Positions 47,191 through 58,588 of a stretch of DNA of 64,000 nucleotides are shown one piece after another. The notes beneath the pieces are model-generated. The model was given only the letters and a program-made list of their open reading frames with translations. It searched no databases and was not told where the DNA came from. The translations under genes and the position numbers were made by a program. Source of the DNA: a virus. Lineage: Duplodnaviria > Heunggongvirae > Uroviricota > Caudoviricetes. The stretch lies in the IMG/VR virus record IMGVR_UViG_3300035517_000267, positions 3,521 through 67,520 of that record. One strand, 5' to 3'. The first letter of the stretch is position 1. Each line of letters starts with the position of its first letter.

Positions 47191-47613
47191 TTAAGCCACT
47201 CTTTCCGCAATTAAGTTTGCATTAGAAATCTAAATAGCTTGTGCTGTAGTGTTTCTGACCGTGATTTGCGCACAACATCCTTTCGGCACGTCAATAAATA
47301 TCGAAGTAGCGACATTGTTAAATAAATTGACTGCGCCGGGCGTAGAAATCATACTAGCTGAGCCAACAGGTTCTCCATCAATTGCAATTGCTAGAGTAAT
47401 AGGTCCAGCAGTGCCAGTCGAAGGAACGGCTACATTACCTCCAAAAGTTACTCTATAACGGGCGCGGCACTACCCAGAAGTAATGCCGCGTAAGGAAACT
47501 AAGCCTGATCCGTCTCGATGTAAAATGGAGCAATTACCATCTATTGGAGTTGCGGTAAATAAAACATCTTGGTTAGCTGCTACAGTTTGAGTGCCTACGT
47601 TTGTTATCTCCAT
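47191..47613 (-). CDS. Beta-rich Cys-containing protein, BclA C-terminal-like (140 aa, 2 TAG)
   Basis: Hand-translated MEITNVGTQTVAANQDVLFT...AIQISNANLIAERVA; GGAGG RBS; fold assignment tentative. Confidence 0.6.
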
Positions 47614-47629
47614 TGTTTATTCCTCCTGT

Positions 47630-48581
47630 TTAGGCAGCGCAAGAGCATCCGCCATAATTGTATCCATACAGGTTACTTGCGGGAAATGCGGGAATGGGAG
47701 TGGGACGCAGCTGATTAACAAGGTACTGATTCTGAGCACACTGGCTTAACTGGAAGTTTGCACCAAGTAATTCGGTATTCTTTGCATCAAGACGGTCGCG
47801 TAATTCTTGCATGGTATTTGTATTAATCAGGGCGCGAGTGGCTTCGCCTTCCTGATGAATTGCATTAGTAATTGCGCAAGCGTTTTGCTCTGCCGCATAG
47901 CGATTTTCAAGTATGCCTTGTTTTACATCGCAGCAGCACGACTGCATCGCATAGCGGTTGTCCGCAAGATTTTGATTTACTGTATCAAAGCCTTGGGCTA
48001 CAGAACTAAATCCAGTACAGAGATCTCTTTGCAGGTTGCCAAAGTTCGTAAGTAATGTGGTATTGTTGGAATAGAATCCGTCGCATAAACCTTGCTGGAC
48101 TCCTCGAACACCATTCTCCACTTGCTGGAAGTTCATATCCTGCGCGAGTTCCCCGCGAGTTAAAGCACCCTGAGTAGAGGCATTGTTATTGCCCCATCCG
48201 CCATTACTACCATAACCCATGAACATGAATAAAAAGAGTATAATTATCCCAATTTGTTAACCTAAAGACTTTTTATTCTTTAGTTCTATTGCTTCATTTC
48301 GTAATAGTTCAGCATATCTTTTCAACCCTTTTTTTTAAGTTGTCGCGGCCTCTTGGCAAGATTATATTCTCTTTTGAGTTTCACTTGCTATGCGTTGCGG
48401 CTGGAAGGGTTTTTAAGTCCATCCTTCACCTCTGATTGGCATCTCAGCTTTCCAGATTTTTTCCGCGATTTACCCATGGCAGATTTATTTACCATGCACC
48501 ATTGTTGCCCCATCCGTCATTCTTTTCGCCACTAGCCGCAGCGATGTCGGATAAACTATAACCAGAATTTGTGTTGAACAT
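47630..48581 (-). CDS. Spliced Gly/Asn/Cys-rich membrane-anchored protein, join(complement 48491..48581, 47630..48249), 236 aa
   Basis: Splicing yields GNNGAW/WIIILFLFMFMGYG; CCC motif; GGAGG RBS. Confidence 0.8.
48250..48490 (-). mobile_element. Group I intron without ORF (241 nt)
   Basis: P1 CATGGU/GCCAUG with U-G at the splice site; P10 GGAU/AUCU; P7 GCATA/TATGC; terminal G. Confidence 0.85.
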
Positions 48582-48607
48582 ATTAATGTTCCTCCTTTAA
48601 ATAATGA

Positions 48608-48850
48608 TTAAAGACCCAGAGATTGTTTAAAAGCTGAAAACTCTTGGTCAAAATCTTTACCCTAAGAAGCAACTAAGTTACGAGCGAATTGCTCAATTTG
48701 TGCGGTATCACCTTGCTGAGCCATGTTAATTAAATTTGCCCCCATGGGATTACCTTGAAATTGTTGTTTCATCATATTCATAACTAATTGCTGAGGGTTC
48801 TGTCCATTCCTAATCATTTGTATAATCTGCATCGGTTCCAACTGTATCAC
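48608..48850 (-). CDS. Gln/Asn/Met-rich hypothetical protein (80 aa, 1 TAG)
   Basis: Readthrough gives LVASQGKDFDQEFSAFKQSLGL, TAA. Confidence 0.7.
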
Positions 48851-48853
48851 TCC

Positions 48854-49195
48854 TTAAAACTTGATAGTGGGCTCTTCAGGGCTCGGTTTCCGCAGTTCAT
48901 TGATTACAGCTTCAAATTCTTCTCTTGTTATAAATCTTGATTCTTCGGTTGGCATTATTTTTAATTCATATACATTTAATGTTGACGTTCCATCCATATT
49001 AATTTGTTTTGTATAAATTCTTTTATTTGCTAAATCGGGAAAATAAAAAACTGAACCATCAAAATCAACTGAGGTAGCTCGAACCTCGTCTATTGAAGAA
49101 ACCGGATGACCTTTTATTCCAATTTGATACTAGGGCTATTCTACATAATTAGTGGGTCTTTGCGGCTGAGAATAGTATGGATAATTTGTTACCAT
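48854..49195 (-). CDS. Hypothetical protein (113 aa, 2 TAG)
   Basis: Hand-translated ...IKGHPVSSIDEVRATSVDFDGSVFYFPD...; GGAGG RBS. Confidence 0.7.
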
Positions 49196-49333
49196 TTATT
49201 TTACCTCCTAAATTTATATCTCTGAGCCTTTCACTATTATATAAAAAAAGTGGCAAATAGTTTAATCGGTTTTGCCAAAAAATATAAGATAAATTTTTTT
49301 AACTATTTTAAGCAAAAAAAAATTAGGGAGCTA

Positions 49334-49723
49334 TTAAGCTCCCTATTTATTTTTATTTACTTCAGCTTCTATTAGAGAAGTAAGGTAAACATTAAGGTCT
49401 CCAGTAATCTAGGAGAGATATTCCTTGGCATCAGATGTCAAGATGGTTAAGACTGAATCTAAGGTTTTAGAAAATGCTTCTTTCTGCGCAGCCTCATCAA
49501 ATGCTCCAGAAGATTTCAAAGAATCAACATAGGTTTGATTTGTAGCTATAACGCATTTAGAAACTGTTTCTGTAACTAAATCTACATATTTCTAAACGGT
49601 TTCATTAGTAGTCTTAGAATCAAGTTCTTCCTTTTTAGAATTAAGATAACTAATTAAATATTTAGTAAGCAATCCCAAAAGAGGAATAATACATAATTCA
49701 AATATTTGGGTTAACAATTCCAT
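49334..49723 (-). CDS. Holin, LL-H-like (129 aa, code 15)
   Basis: Single N-terminal TM (IFELCIIPLLGLLTKYLISYL), NQTYVDSLK...IEAEV pattern; AAGGAG RBS; terminator 49313-49350. Confidence 0.65.
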
Positions 49724-49768
49724 AGGTAATTTCTCCTTTTTTGATATTTGAAAAAAGGAATAAATAAA

Positions 49769-50379
<611 letters not shown>

Positions 50380-50383
<4 letters not shown>

Positions 50384-50508
50384 GCTTTTTCGGATTTAAG
50401 AGCTTCAGCCTGTTCAGCCGTAAGACAGCCAAGTGCGACGAAACGTTCAAGCTGATCATCGCGAATATAGTTTTTAAGATAGCGTTCTCTTATTTTCTCG
50501 TAAGTCAC
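50380..50508 (-). CDS. XkdX-like small protein (42 aa)
   Basis: MTYEKIRERYLKNYIRDDQLERFVALGCLTAEQAEAL; overlaps both neighbours. Confidence 0.6.
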
Positions 50509-50813
50509 TGTTGTTGCACCTCCAAAGCAGAAATTTGTAAATCTGTTATTTCTTGTTCTTGTTCAATATTAGCAAGCTGTAAGTCAGTTATATCTTGCTA
50601 AATTAATTCTTCTGTTGAAAAAGTTTTTTCTGGCTCAATTATTTCGACCAAAGAAAAAGACTTGTTGGTAAAATCTACCACAAGTCTATAATTAGAATTA
50701 TCTTTTTCTGGTTTTGAAAGTTCTGTTCGATTAAATTCAAAATATTCTACGGCGTCAGAAGGCAAATCTTGAATTAAAGTTATTTGTCCATTTTTGTTTT
50801 TGCAAGCATACAT
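50505..50813 (-). CDS. Tail-fibre accessory/chaperone with C-terminal coiled coil (102 aa, 1 TAG)
   Basis: TAATG overlap with fibre A; QQDITDLQLANIEQEQEITDLQ heptads. Confidence 0.6.
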
Positions 50814-52550
50814 TAAGAAGTCACCTCCATTAAACCGTATATGTCAAATATTATTTCAGGAGAGTCTGTTATTAGTTGGGAATAAGCAGACTAAACTACG
50901 GGGGATGAGCTATTGCAAAATAAAAGTTTTCCATTCATCCATCTAACATAACAATTAGATTTATCGTCAGAAAATAAAATTTTGTAGCATAAATTTTGAG
51001 TTATAACTTTTAAGTCTGAAACTCTTATTAACCATTGTGCTGAATAATTGAGTCGAAGGGTTATATAAATAATATTGGGTTGCCATAAACGTTTGACGGT
51101 ATAACGACCAGTTAAACTACCCAAACTTGCTGTTGATTCGGCAGAAGTTTGTATAATAGTAGAAGTATTAAGATTTAACTTATTTATATAATTATTCATG
51201 TCAGAATAAATAATTATATTGTCATCTAAATTGCCCAAATAAGCTTTTATCTATAAAGAAGAATCTGTTATAAAAGTTATATTATTGCCAGTTGATAATT
51301 GCATTTTACAATAATTCATTAGAGTATTACTTGATTTATCTGGCAAATAAGAAAAATAAATTTCATCTCTATCATAGTCAACATAATATACGCTAGGCGT
51401 TGAATTATAGACATCCTCAAATATTACGTTCGATGAAGTTGTTCCGTTAAATATATCTATTTTAGAATAGTATATTTTGGAATCGTATGTAGTAAAATAA
51501 TATGCAATTCCATTATTAACAAAAAAAACTATTAGGAACAGACGTAGATTGAGAAGTATAATAATCTTTAAAAGAATTCTATGTTAATGTATCAAGCTAA
51601 TAACATAATACTCTATATTGGTAAGCGGAATTAGACGTTGTATAATTGTAATAAAATAGATACAAATAATTATTCTTTACTCCTGCATTGTATAGCAAAT
51701 CATAGACGCCGGATACTGAAAAACTAGCTGTTGCTCCAGTCTGTGGATTAAATAAATAGTATATGTTTGAGTAATAACAAATGCAAACATTTTCATCGCT
51801 ATTATTATAATCAATATTTACACTATAACTGCTGGGTATAGATAAATTCGTTTGACAAAGTAATTCTCCTGTAGTAGTATCATAAAAAGATTGAGTATTA
51901 TAAGAAATATAACCATAATATTTAGGAGTTTCTATATAACAATAAGAATTATTTGATGGAAGTAGAACAAAAGGTTTTGTCAAAGAAGGAACTCCTGTAT
52001 ATTTTTTTCCATCGTATTCTATATATCCACTACTAGACTTACTATCTAAATAAGTAGATAAATTACTCATAGTAACTTTCTTACCTGTGCTTGCACTAGT
52101 ATCTAATAGTCCTACATAGTCTCCATCTGCTATATCACTACTACCCAAGGCTGTAGAGCCATTTATCATTCCATAAAGGGCTTTAGGAGCAGAAGTTTGA
52201 CCAGTACCTCCTTGAGCCAGAGGAAGCGTTCCAAAAGATGCGGCTCCATTAGTGCTAGTCGCATATAAAGCGCCACTCTTTGTAGCCACTGTCTTTACAG
52301 CGCTAGTCCCATTGCCAGTTACCACAGCATTAGAAGTTAAAGTAGTTGCACCAGTTCCGCCACGAGCAACGTCTAGAGTACCAGATGTAATATCATCTGT
52401 GCTATGATTGTGACTTGCGGCAGCTGCTCCTAAACTCGTTAAAGCGCTAGAGGCTGTAGTAGCTCCTGTGCCGCCTTTTGATATGGGTAAGGTACCAGAT
52501 ATATTATCGGCGGTAGTAGACTAGCCTGTGAGAATACATTTCACGCTCAT
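50813..52550 (-). CDS. Tail fibre/receptor-binding protein A (~578 aa if one T is removed from a T8 run at 51521-51528)
   Basis: N-terminus paralogous to fibre B (MSVKCI.TGQ; GTLP.A.GGTG repeats); Tyr/Asn-rich C-terminus; as sequenced, TAA at 51516-51518 truncates it. Confidence 0.7.
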
Positions 52551-52558
52551 AAGTTGCG

Positions 52559-52744
52559 TCTCCTTTCAAAAAAGTACACTTTATAAAAGCCTTGGTCAAA
52601 ATTAAAAAAACTCCTTATTTTTATTTTTATTATTGGTGAAAGGGTAAGATACTCTATTGCGGGAAAAGGGTATCTTTACCTTTTTCCCAATTTTTTTATT
52701 ATACATTTTTTTACTGTAAAAAAGTGTACTTAATCGAAAGGAGA
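52559..52744. promoter_or_regulatory. Candidate invertible segment bounded by 24-bp inverted repeats (52559-52582 and 52721-52744)
   Basis: AAAGTGTACTT-nnnn-GAAAGGAGA precedes each divergent fibre gene; 20/24 identity. Confidence 0.55.
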
Positions 52745-52751
52745 ATTTAAC

Positions 52752-54065
52752 GTGAGTGTTAAATGTATTATAACAGGTCAAACGTCGACAGTTACTCCTA
52801 CGACTGATGCGAGTGATCTTACCTCTGGAACTTTAAGTTCTGATAGATTACCCACTGTTCCTGTGACTAAAGGTGGTACTGGTGCTACTTCTCTTACTTC
52901 CAATGCTATACTTGCCGGAAATAGTACGAGTGCTGTTAAGACTATATCCACAGCAAGTGGTGCTTTATATGCTACCTCTAGTAGTGGAGCAGCAAGTTTT
53001 GGCACATTGCCGGTTGCGCAAGGTGGTACTGGAAAAACAACTAATACTTCTAATGCAATATTAACCGGTAATGGAACAAGTGCCATAAATAATGTTGCGA
53101 CTGCCAGCGGAGCTTTGTATGCTACTAGCTCTAATGGGGCTGCGAAATTTGGTACTTTACCTTTAGCTTAGGGTGGAACTGGTTAGACTAGTGCGGCGAA
53201 GGCACTTTATGGATTAATTAATGGCTCTAGCGCTATAACGCAAGATGACTTAGAAGATGGAGATTATATTGGCATATTAGATTCTAGCGGCTCAACGGGT
53301 AAAAAGATTTTGGTAAGCGACTTTTTAGCTGGTCCAGTTCCTGATTGGGAATGGGGAGATGAAAATGCCATTGGTGATGCTGATTGGTGGGCTGGATTAA
53401 AAGCTAACCTTAGTAATATTACGAGAAGTGACTATGTTGGTAAAACTAAATTAGTTAGTTTATCTACGAGTGTGCTTGGGGCAACCGCGGCAAAAATGAT
53501 ATGTATAGGAGCCGACTAGGACGGTAGTAATACGCTTACTTTTTAGACCTATGGAGGATTGCCTACTTCAACCGTTTTTAGTTCTTCTTCTGCGGTTTGG
53601 ATTGGTTCTACGGCTAGAACTCAATGCCAAAATTTCTACAATTATTGCTCGGCAAAAGATAGCATAAAAACTGTGAGTAAGGGTACTTGTCCTAATATAT
53701 CTACTAGCTCTAGCCGTTCTGATGCAGTAACCTATAATGATGAAACTGTTTGGATACCTTCTGAAAGAGAGATGGGCTTAGATGCTTATTCGCCTCTTTC
53801 TGTTGCTAATTCTTCAACTAGTAAAGCAGAATGTACAAACGGATATAATGCTGCTTATTCTTATTATAATAGTAATTCTAGACGTATTAAATATATCATG
53901 ACAGCAGACGGAACTTCTGTAGACACTTCGACTTGTTATTATTGGGAGCGTTCTCGCGACTACGGTGGCTCGAACACTGTGTGCGGTGTTGACGCGAGTG
54001 GCGGAGCGAGCGCCAGCGGCTACGGCGGCAGCTTTTACCTCGCGCCCGCTTTCACAATTGGATGA
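52752..54065 (+). CDS. Tail fibre/receptor-binding protein B, DGR target with C-terminal CLec-type variable region (437 aa, 4 TAG)
   Basis: Fragments 52752, 53310 and 53559 in one frame; ends YWERSR...YLAPAFTIG containing the VR. Confidence 0.85.
53950..54048 (+). repeat. DGR variable repeat (VR, 99 bp)
   Basis: Differs from TR at 23 positions, all TR adenines. Confidence 0.95.
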
Positions 54066-54140
54066 AAAAACCAAGTTTGGACAAAACTTGAAAATCAATA
54101 TTAAATAAAATTTATTATATAATGTAAGGAGGATTTCTAG

Positions 54141-54599
54141 ATGTCAGTGAAGAAAAAAGATAGACACATTTCAAAGTTAGAAACTTTAGAGAAATCTAGA
54201 ACTCTTATGGATTATTTATTAACCTTAACCCGTCCCGCAGAATATGATGATATGGGAAAACAAATTATGAAACCTGGGTTATTGGGAGGAGGACAAGCTT
54301 TTACAATTTTTGGAGCAGACATGGTAAAATGTGGAAAAATGATACATTCTTGCTGTTATCAAGCTACTCAACTTAACTTGAATGAAAAGAATTATGAAGA
54401 AATACAAAAATATTATCGTTAGGCTATTGAGTATTGTGATAGTATAATGCGTCAAATTGATTTCTGCGTTTTTAAATACGCCAAAAAGAATAAGAAAAAG
54501 GCTGGTTCTTTAGAACATTTATCTAAACTGACACTATCTACAAAAAGGACAATTCAAGATAGAATTAATAGAAATCATCTTATACTGGTAAAAGCCTGA
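54141..54599 (+). CDS. avd: DGR accessory variability determinant (Avd)-like protein (152 aa, 1 TAG)
   Basis: Basic helical protein between VR and TR, the canonical avd position; no database confirmation. Confidence 0.7.
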
Positions 54600-54612
54600 T
54601 TTTTTCGGGGTG

Positions 54613-54711
54613 GTTCTCGCAACTACAATAACTCGAACAATGTGTGCAATGTTAACACGAGTGGCGAAGCGAACAACAACAACTACAACAACAGCAATTA
54701 CCTCGCGCCCG
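54613..54711 (+). repeat. DGR template repeat (TR, 99 bp)
   Basis: 36 adenines, 14 AAY codons in the VR frame; ungapped alignment to VR. Confidence 0.95.
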
Positions 54712-54712
54712 A

Positions 54713-54778
54713 TTAGATAAACTTTCTCGCGTTGCGAGATGAGCGTTGAAAACGCGAAAACGAGCAACAATTATCTAA
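54713..54778 (+). ncRNA. Structured spacer RNA downstream of TR
   Basis: TTAGATAA/TTATCTAA closing stem enclosing TCTCGC-gtt-GCGAGA and CGTT-gaa-AACG hairpins. Confidence 0.55.
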
Positions 54779-54916
54779 GAAAAAACTCCAGAAATTATAA
54801 TTTGAATTAAGTTTATTTAAGGAGGCTTTTTACCATTCTTTATTTAAAGATAAAATATGAATGTAGATGTAAGACTCAAGAAGTTTTTACTATTACTACA
54901 TGATAAGGAGAAACTT

Positions 54917-56128
54917 ATGGAAAATTTAAGTTTCGAGCATTTTTGCAATTTTGATGCTTTATACAATGCTTCTTATAAAGTTTGCAGAAACGTTCGTTGG
55001 AAAGATAGCACGGCTAGTTTTGAAGAAAACAGAATTGAAATAATATTAGATATAGAAGAAAAACTTAAATCTAATAAATATGAACAACAAGTTTTTAGCT
55101 GCTTTTCAATAATTGAACGAGGTAAGCAACGTGATATAAGAGCTTGCCACATAAATGATAGATTGGTATAGAACGCTCTTTGTGAAGAAATTCTATTACC
55201 AGTTTTTACTCCGCATTTTATTTATGATAATTGTGCTACTTTAAAGAATAAAGGGATAGACTTTGCTTTAATGAGAGCAAAAAAACATCTGTAGGCTGCT
55301 CATAGAGAATATGGAGATTTTTTTGGTTTAAGAATAGATATTCGTAAATATTTTGATTCTATAAATCATGAAGCTTTGAAAAATTCAATAAGCAAACTAA
55401 TAAAAGATGAACAAATTCTAAAATTATGTTATGATTTAGTAGATACATTTTCTTTTAAAATAACAAAAGATATAGAACCGATTGCTAATAAAGACTATTT
55501 TATTATCAAGGAACACAAATATTCTTTAATTCATCCAGAGTCTTTTAAAAAAGATATTCAATATTTTGAATATGAAGAAAAAAGTCTCGGATTAGGTAGT
55601 CAAACATCATAGTTGTTCGCATTGTTGACATTGAACGAAATTGACCATTTTGTCAAAGAAAAATTACATATTAAATATTATGGTCGCTATATGGATGATA
55701 TATATCTTTTACATGGTGACAAAAAATATTTAGACAAATGTAAAATAGAAATAGAAAAGAAACTTGCGGAAATAGGTCTTAGTTTAAATTAGAAAAAGAC
55801 TGTAATTTCAAAAGTTCCTACACATGGTAAAAATGGAGTTCCCTTTAAATACCTTAAATGGAATTTTTATTTAACTGAAACAAATCATATTATTTAGCTT
55901 CCTTTCAGAGAAAAAATTAAAAAATAGCGTAAAAAATTGCGGAAGTTACATTCTTTATTTTTAGAGGGTAAGACAACCGAAGAAGATATTATGCTATCTT
56001 ATTTAGGATGGCGAGCGCACATTCAGAAAGGAACTTGTTTTTATATAATCCAAAATATGGATAATTATTTTCGTTCACTGTTCAAAGGAGTATTTAAACA
56101 TGAAATATCTTTTACTCAATAGAAATAA
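54917..56128 (+). CDS. DGR reverse transcriptase (403 aa, 7 TAG)
   Basis: RGKQRDI, DRLVQNAL, NKGIDFAL, IDIRKYFDSINH, GLGSQTSQLFA, YGRYMDD motifs; AAGGAG RBS; an upstream in-frame ATG at 54857 is possible. Confidence 0.93.
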
Positions 56129-56738
56129 CATCTTAGTAGATATACTAGATGAAGTTAGATATATTAAATTGCAATCCGCCAGCGGCATATCTATTGGTTG
56201 TGCGGAAACTGAAGGTACTGGAGTCGTAGGATCAGATTGTGATACCCACTATACTTTAATAAAGGCTGACATAGCTTCTTCTCCCGATGCGGTTCGTGTC
56301 ATAGAAGTAGAAACTCTTCCTGAAAATATAGAAGTTGGTCTTTATAAACTAGACTTAGAAACCAATGAATTGGTTTATCGTTATTCTTTGGAAGAAGTCA
56401 AAGAACAAAAACAAGCAAAAAATAAAGAAATTTTTGCAGATTATCTTTCCAAGCATCCTTTAACTTGGATAGACGGAAAGGTCTATGGCATCACAGAAGA
56501 AGATTAGAATGAAATTAGTCTTAATATAGCTAGATATCAGATCGAAGGAACAACCTTGGAATGGCACGCCAAAAAGGAAGAAAGCGTTCCTTGGACAATC
56601 GAGGATTTGACTGCTCTTAGTCAAGCCATTTCCGCACAAGTATATCCTATATATCACTTGATGCAACAATATAAAACTCAAATCTATAATGCAACTTCTA
56701 TTGAAGAAGTAAATGCAATAGAATTAGTTTATAACTAA
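56100..56738 (+). CDS. Tail fibre assembly protein, C-terminal DUF4376-like (212 aa, 1 TAG)
   Basis: Fragments 56100 and 56556 in frame; WTIEDLTAL...ATSIEEVNAI C-terminus. Confidence 0.65.
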
Positions 56739-56774
56739 ATTTTAGGGGAAGTCTAAATGACTTCCCCTATTTTT

Positions 56775-57239
56775 TTATTCTGATAGGTCTTTTGCAACTT
56801 TTTGTTTTACCATTTCAAAAAGCGCATCCCCATCATGGTTTCCGCCGAGAGAATTATAAGTATCGTGATCAGCATCAAGAGCCTCAAACTCTGCCAAAGA
56901 AATCTTGTAACCTTCTTCAAGATAAGCCCTACATTGATTTTTAAAGATTTTCTCTTGCATATTAAGAATACCATGTTTTACAATACTCAATTCGTCTCGT
57001 AAAACTGAGATTTCTTGCTATATATCTCCGTAGAATTGAGCTTCATGGCGCTTACCCTCTTCTCCAGATTCAATAATTAACTACTTTAATTCCTTGTAAA
57101 GTGATTCTTGCTCTTTGGAGTGCTAACTCTTCTTTTCATCTTGATATAATTTCCAGATACGTTTGCAAAGATACGCCAGTCCTGCTGCAATTACTCCAAA
57201 AAGAGCTTCGACCCAATACTTAATTATAAAATCAAGCAT
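56775..57239 (-). CDS. Membrane-anchored holin-like/lysis-associated protein (154 aa, 3 TAG)
   Basis: ATG 57239 (GGAG) with TM FIIKYWVEALFGVIAAGLAYL, in frame with fragment 56990; Y..LGGN motif. Confidence 0.55.
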
Positions 57240-57297
57240 AATCTTCCACTCCTATAATGTTCTCATAAATTATAAAATTGGAAGAACATAAATTATT

Positions 57298-57783
57298 TTA
57301 ACTTGACCAAGCTCCCTTAAGCTAGATGAGATAATGCACCCCTATACAAATTGCATCAACAATATCTTGAGTAGGTTTTATTCCATATTTTTCTATAACA
57401 TATTTCTAAGCGTTTTGCTTTTGTTCGGTTCTTCCCTTACCCTTTATTCCAAGAGTAGATTTCCAAGAAGAAGCCAAAACAGATGTATGCGGAATGTTTA
57501 TTGACTCAAAATACTCAGATAATACGCCATAAACTTCTGCAAGTATCTTAAATGTTTGAACATTATTAACTATATTATTTTGCTGTTGAATATCTTCATA
57601 AACTACTTCATCAATTTGATATTCTGAGATAAGATCAGCTACAGCTTTTTTAATTTTAGTTAAACGAACATCAACAGAAGCTTCATCTAATGCAAATTTA
57701 CCATATTTAAAGAGGTGACCATCTTTAAAAACCGCCCAACCTGTAATGTGAGAACTCTAATCAAGTGCTAAAAGATTACTCAT
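57298..57783 (-). CDS. RuvC-like Holliday junction resolvase (161 aa, code 15)
   Basis: LLALDQSSHITGWAVF, VVYEDIQ, ASSWKSTLG, DIVDAICIG acidic motifs. Confidence 0.75.
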
Positions 57784-58339
57784 TGGTTGATCCAAAACCT
57801 CCATTACGCATGCTGTCCGCGCTATCATTTTCCACAGTTTCATAGGTTCTAATAATACCTTGACCTATTTTGTCTCCACGCTTTAGCTGAATGGCAAAAG
57901 GAGACAAGTTAATAAGCTGAAAGAATATATGCCCCTCGTTGCTACTATTCTCGTAGTAATCGCTATCGATCACGCCAATTCCATTAGCAAGCATGAGCCA
58001 ATGCTTCAGGGGGGTCGAACTCCGCACGCTTAGCTCAAGATATTGATTAGAATCTAATTGACATTTGATTCCTGTAGGAACAAGAGTGGGTCTAGCATTT
58101 AACTCTTTTGTTACTTCTGCCAATTCCTCAAGGCTAAGGGGTTCTATAAAACCATAATAATCTTCATGCCGCTTAGTCTCAAGCAAATGGTTTTGAATGT
58201 TAGCCAGAAGAAAGTCACTAGGAGGAATTATTATATCATCTGCTACAACAAAATCATAACCTGCGGAATTGGCGGTAGCTCGTTGCGGTAAAGGAAGGTC
58301 TATGTCAGCGTATTTGCTCACTTTCTCAAAACGCGCCAT
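57776..58339 (-). CDS. dut: dUTPase (trimeric type, 187 aa)
   Basis: SAGYDF, RSS, GVIDSDYY, GDKIGQGI, RNGGFGST motifs. Confidence 0.95.
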   Translation of the reverse strand: MARFEKVSKYADIDLPLPQRATANSAGYDFVVADDIIIPPSDFLLANIQNHLLETKRHEDYYGFIEPLSLEELAEVTKELNARPTLVPTGIKCQLDSNQYLELSVRSSTPLKHWLMLANGIGVIDSDYYENSSNEGHIFFQLINLSPFAIQLKRGDKIGQGIIRTYETVENDSADSMRNGGFGSTNE

Positions 58340-58586
58340 CTTGAACCTCCTCGATTATAGTAACAGGAAGAACGCCATCAGGCTCTTTCTCATTATCTAT
58401 ATTGAAAGTTGCCTTGACAAGTTGATAAGAGTCTATTACTTCACCCTTCACTTTTATATCCTTGGTTGTATAAGTGAAAGAAACAAGCTCGCCAGGTCCA
58501 GTGCGCTCAAGGTATTTCCTCAGTCTGAGAGCTTCTGCAACAGAATCAACGCGATAATTTATTGTAGATTTAAGAGTATATATCAT
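58326..58586 (-). CDS. Hypothetical protein (86 aa)
   Basis: ORF track; operon packing. Confidence 0.7.
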   Translation of the reverse strand: MIYTLKSTINYRVDSVAEALRLRKYLERTGPGELVSFTYTTKDIKVKGEVIDSYQLVKATFNIDNEKEPDGVLPVTIIEEVQDGAF

Positions 58587-58588
58587 AA

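Noticed and set aside
50813-52550. Fibre A as a second DGR target
   Set aside because: No TR-like sequence or CTCGCGCCC end motif found in it
52590-52700. Known riboswitch (e.g. c-di-GMP) in the fibre intergenic region
   Set aside because: No aptamer consensus recognisable by eye; kept only as alternative hairpins
52752-53200. Gin/Cin-style crossover sites within the homologous fibre N-termini
   Set aside because: Similarity is at protein level with many synonymous differences; no long identical DNA stretch seen
54917-56128. RT as group II intron, retron or Abi RT
   Set aside because: Adjacent TR/VR pair with adenine-only differences and an avd-position gene; no maturase or endonuclease domain
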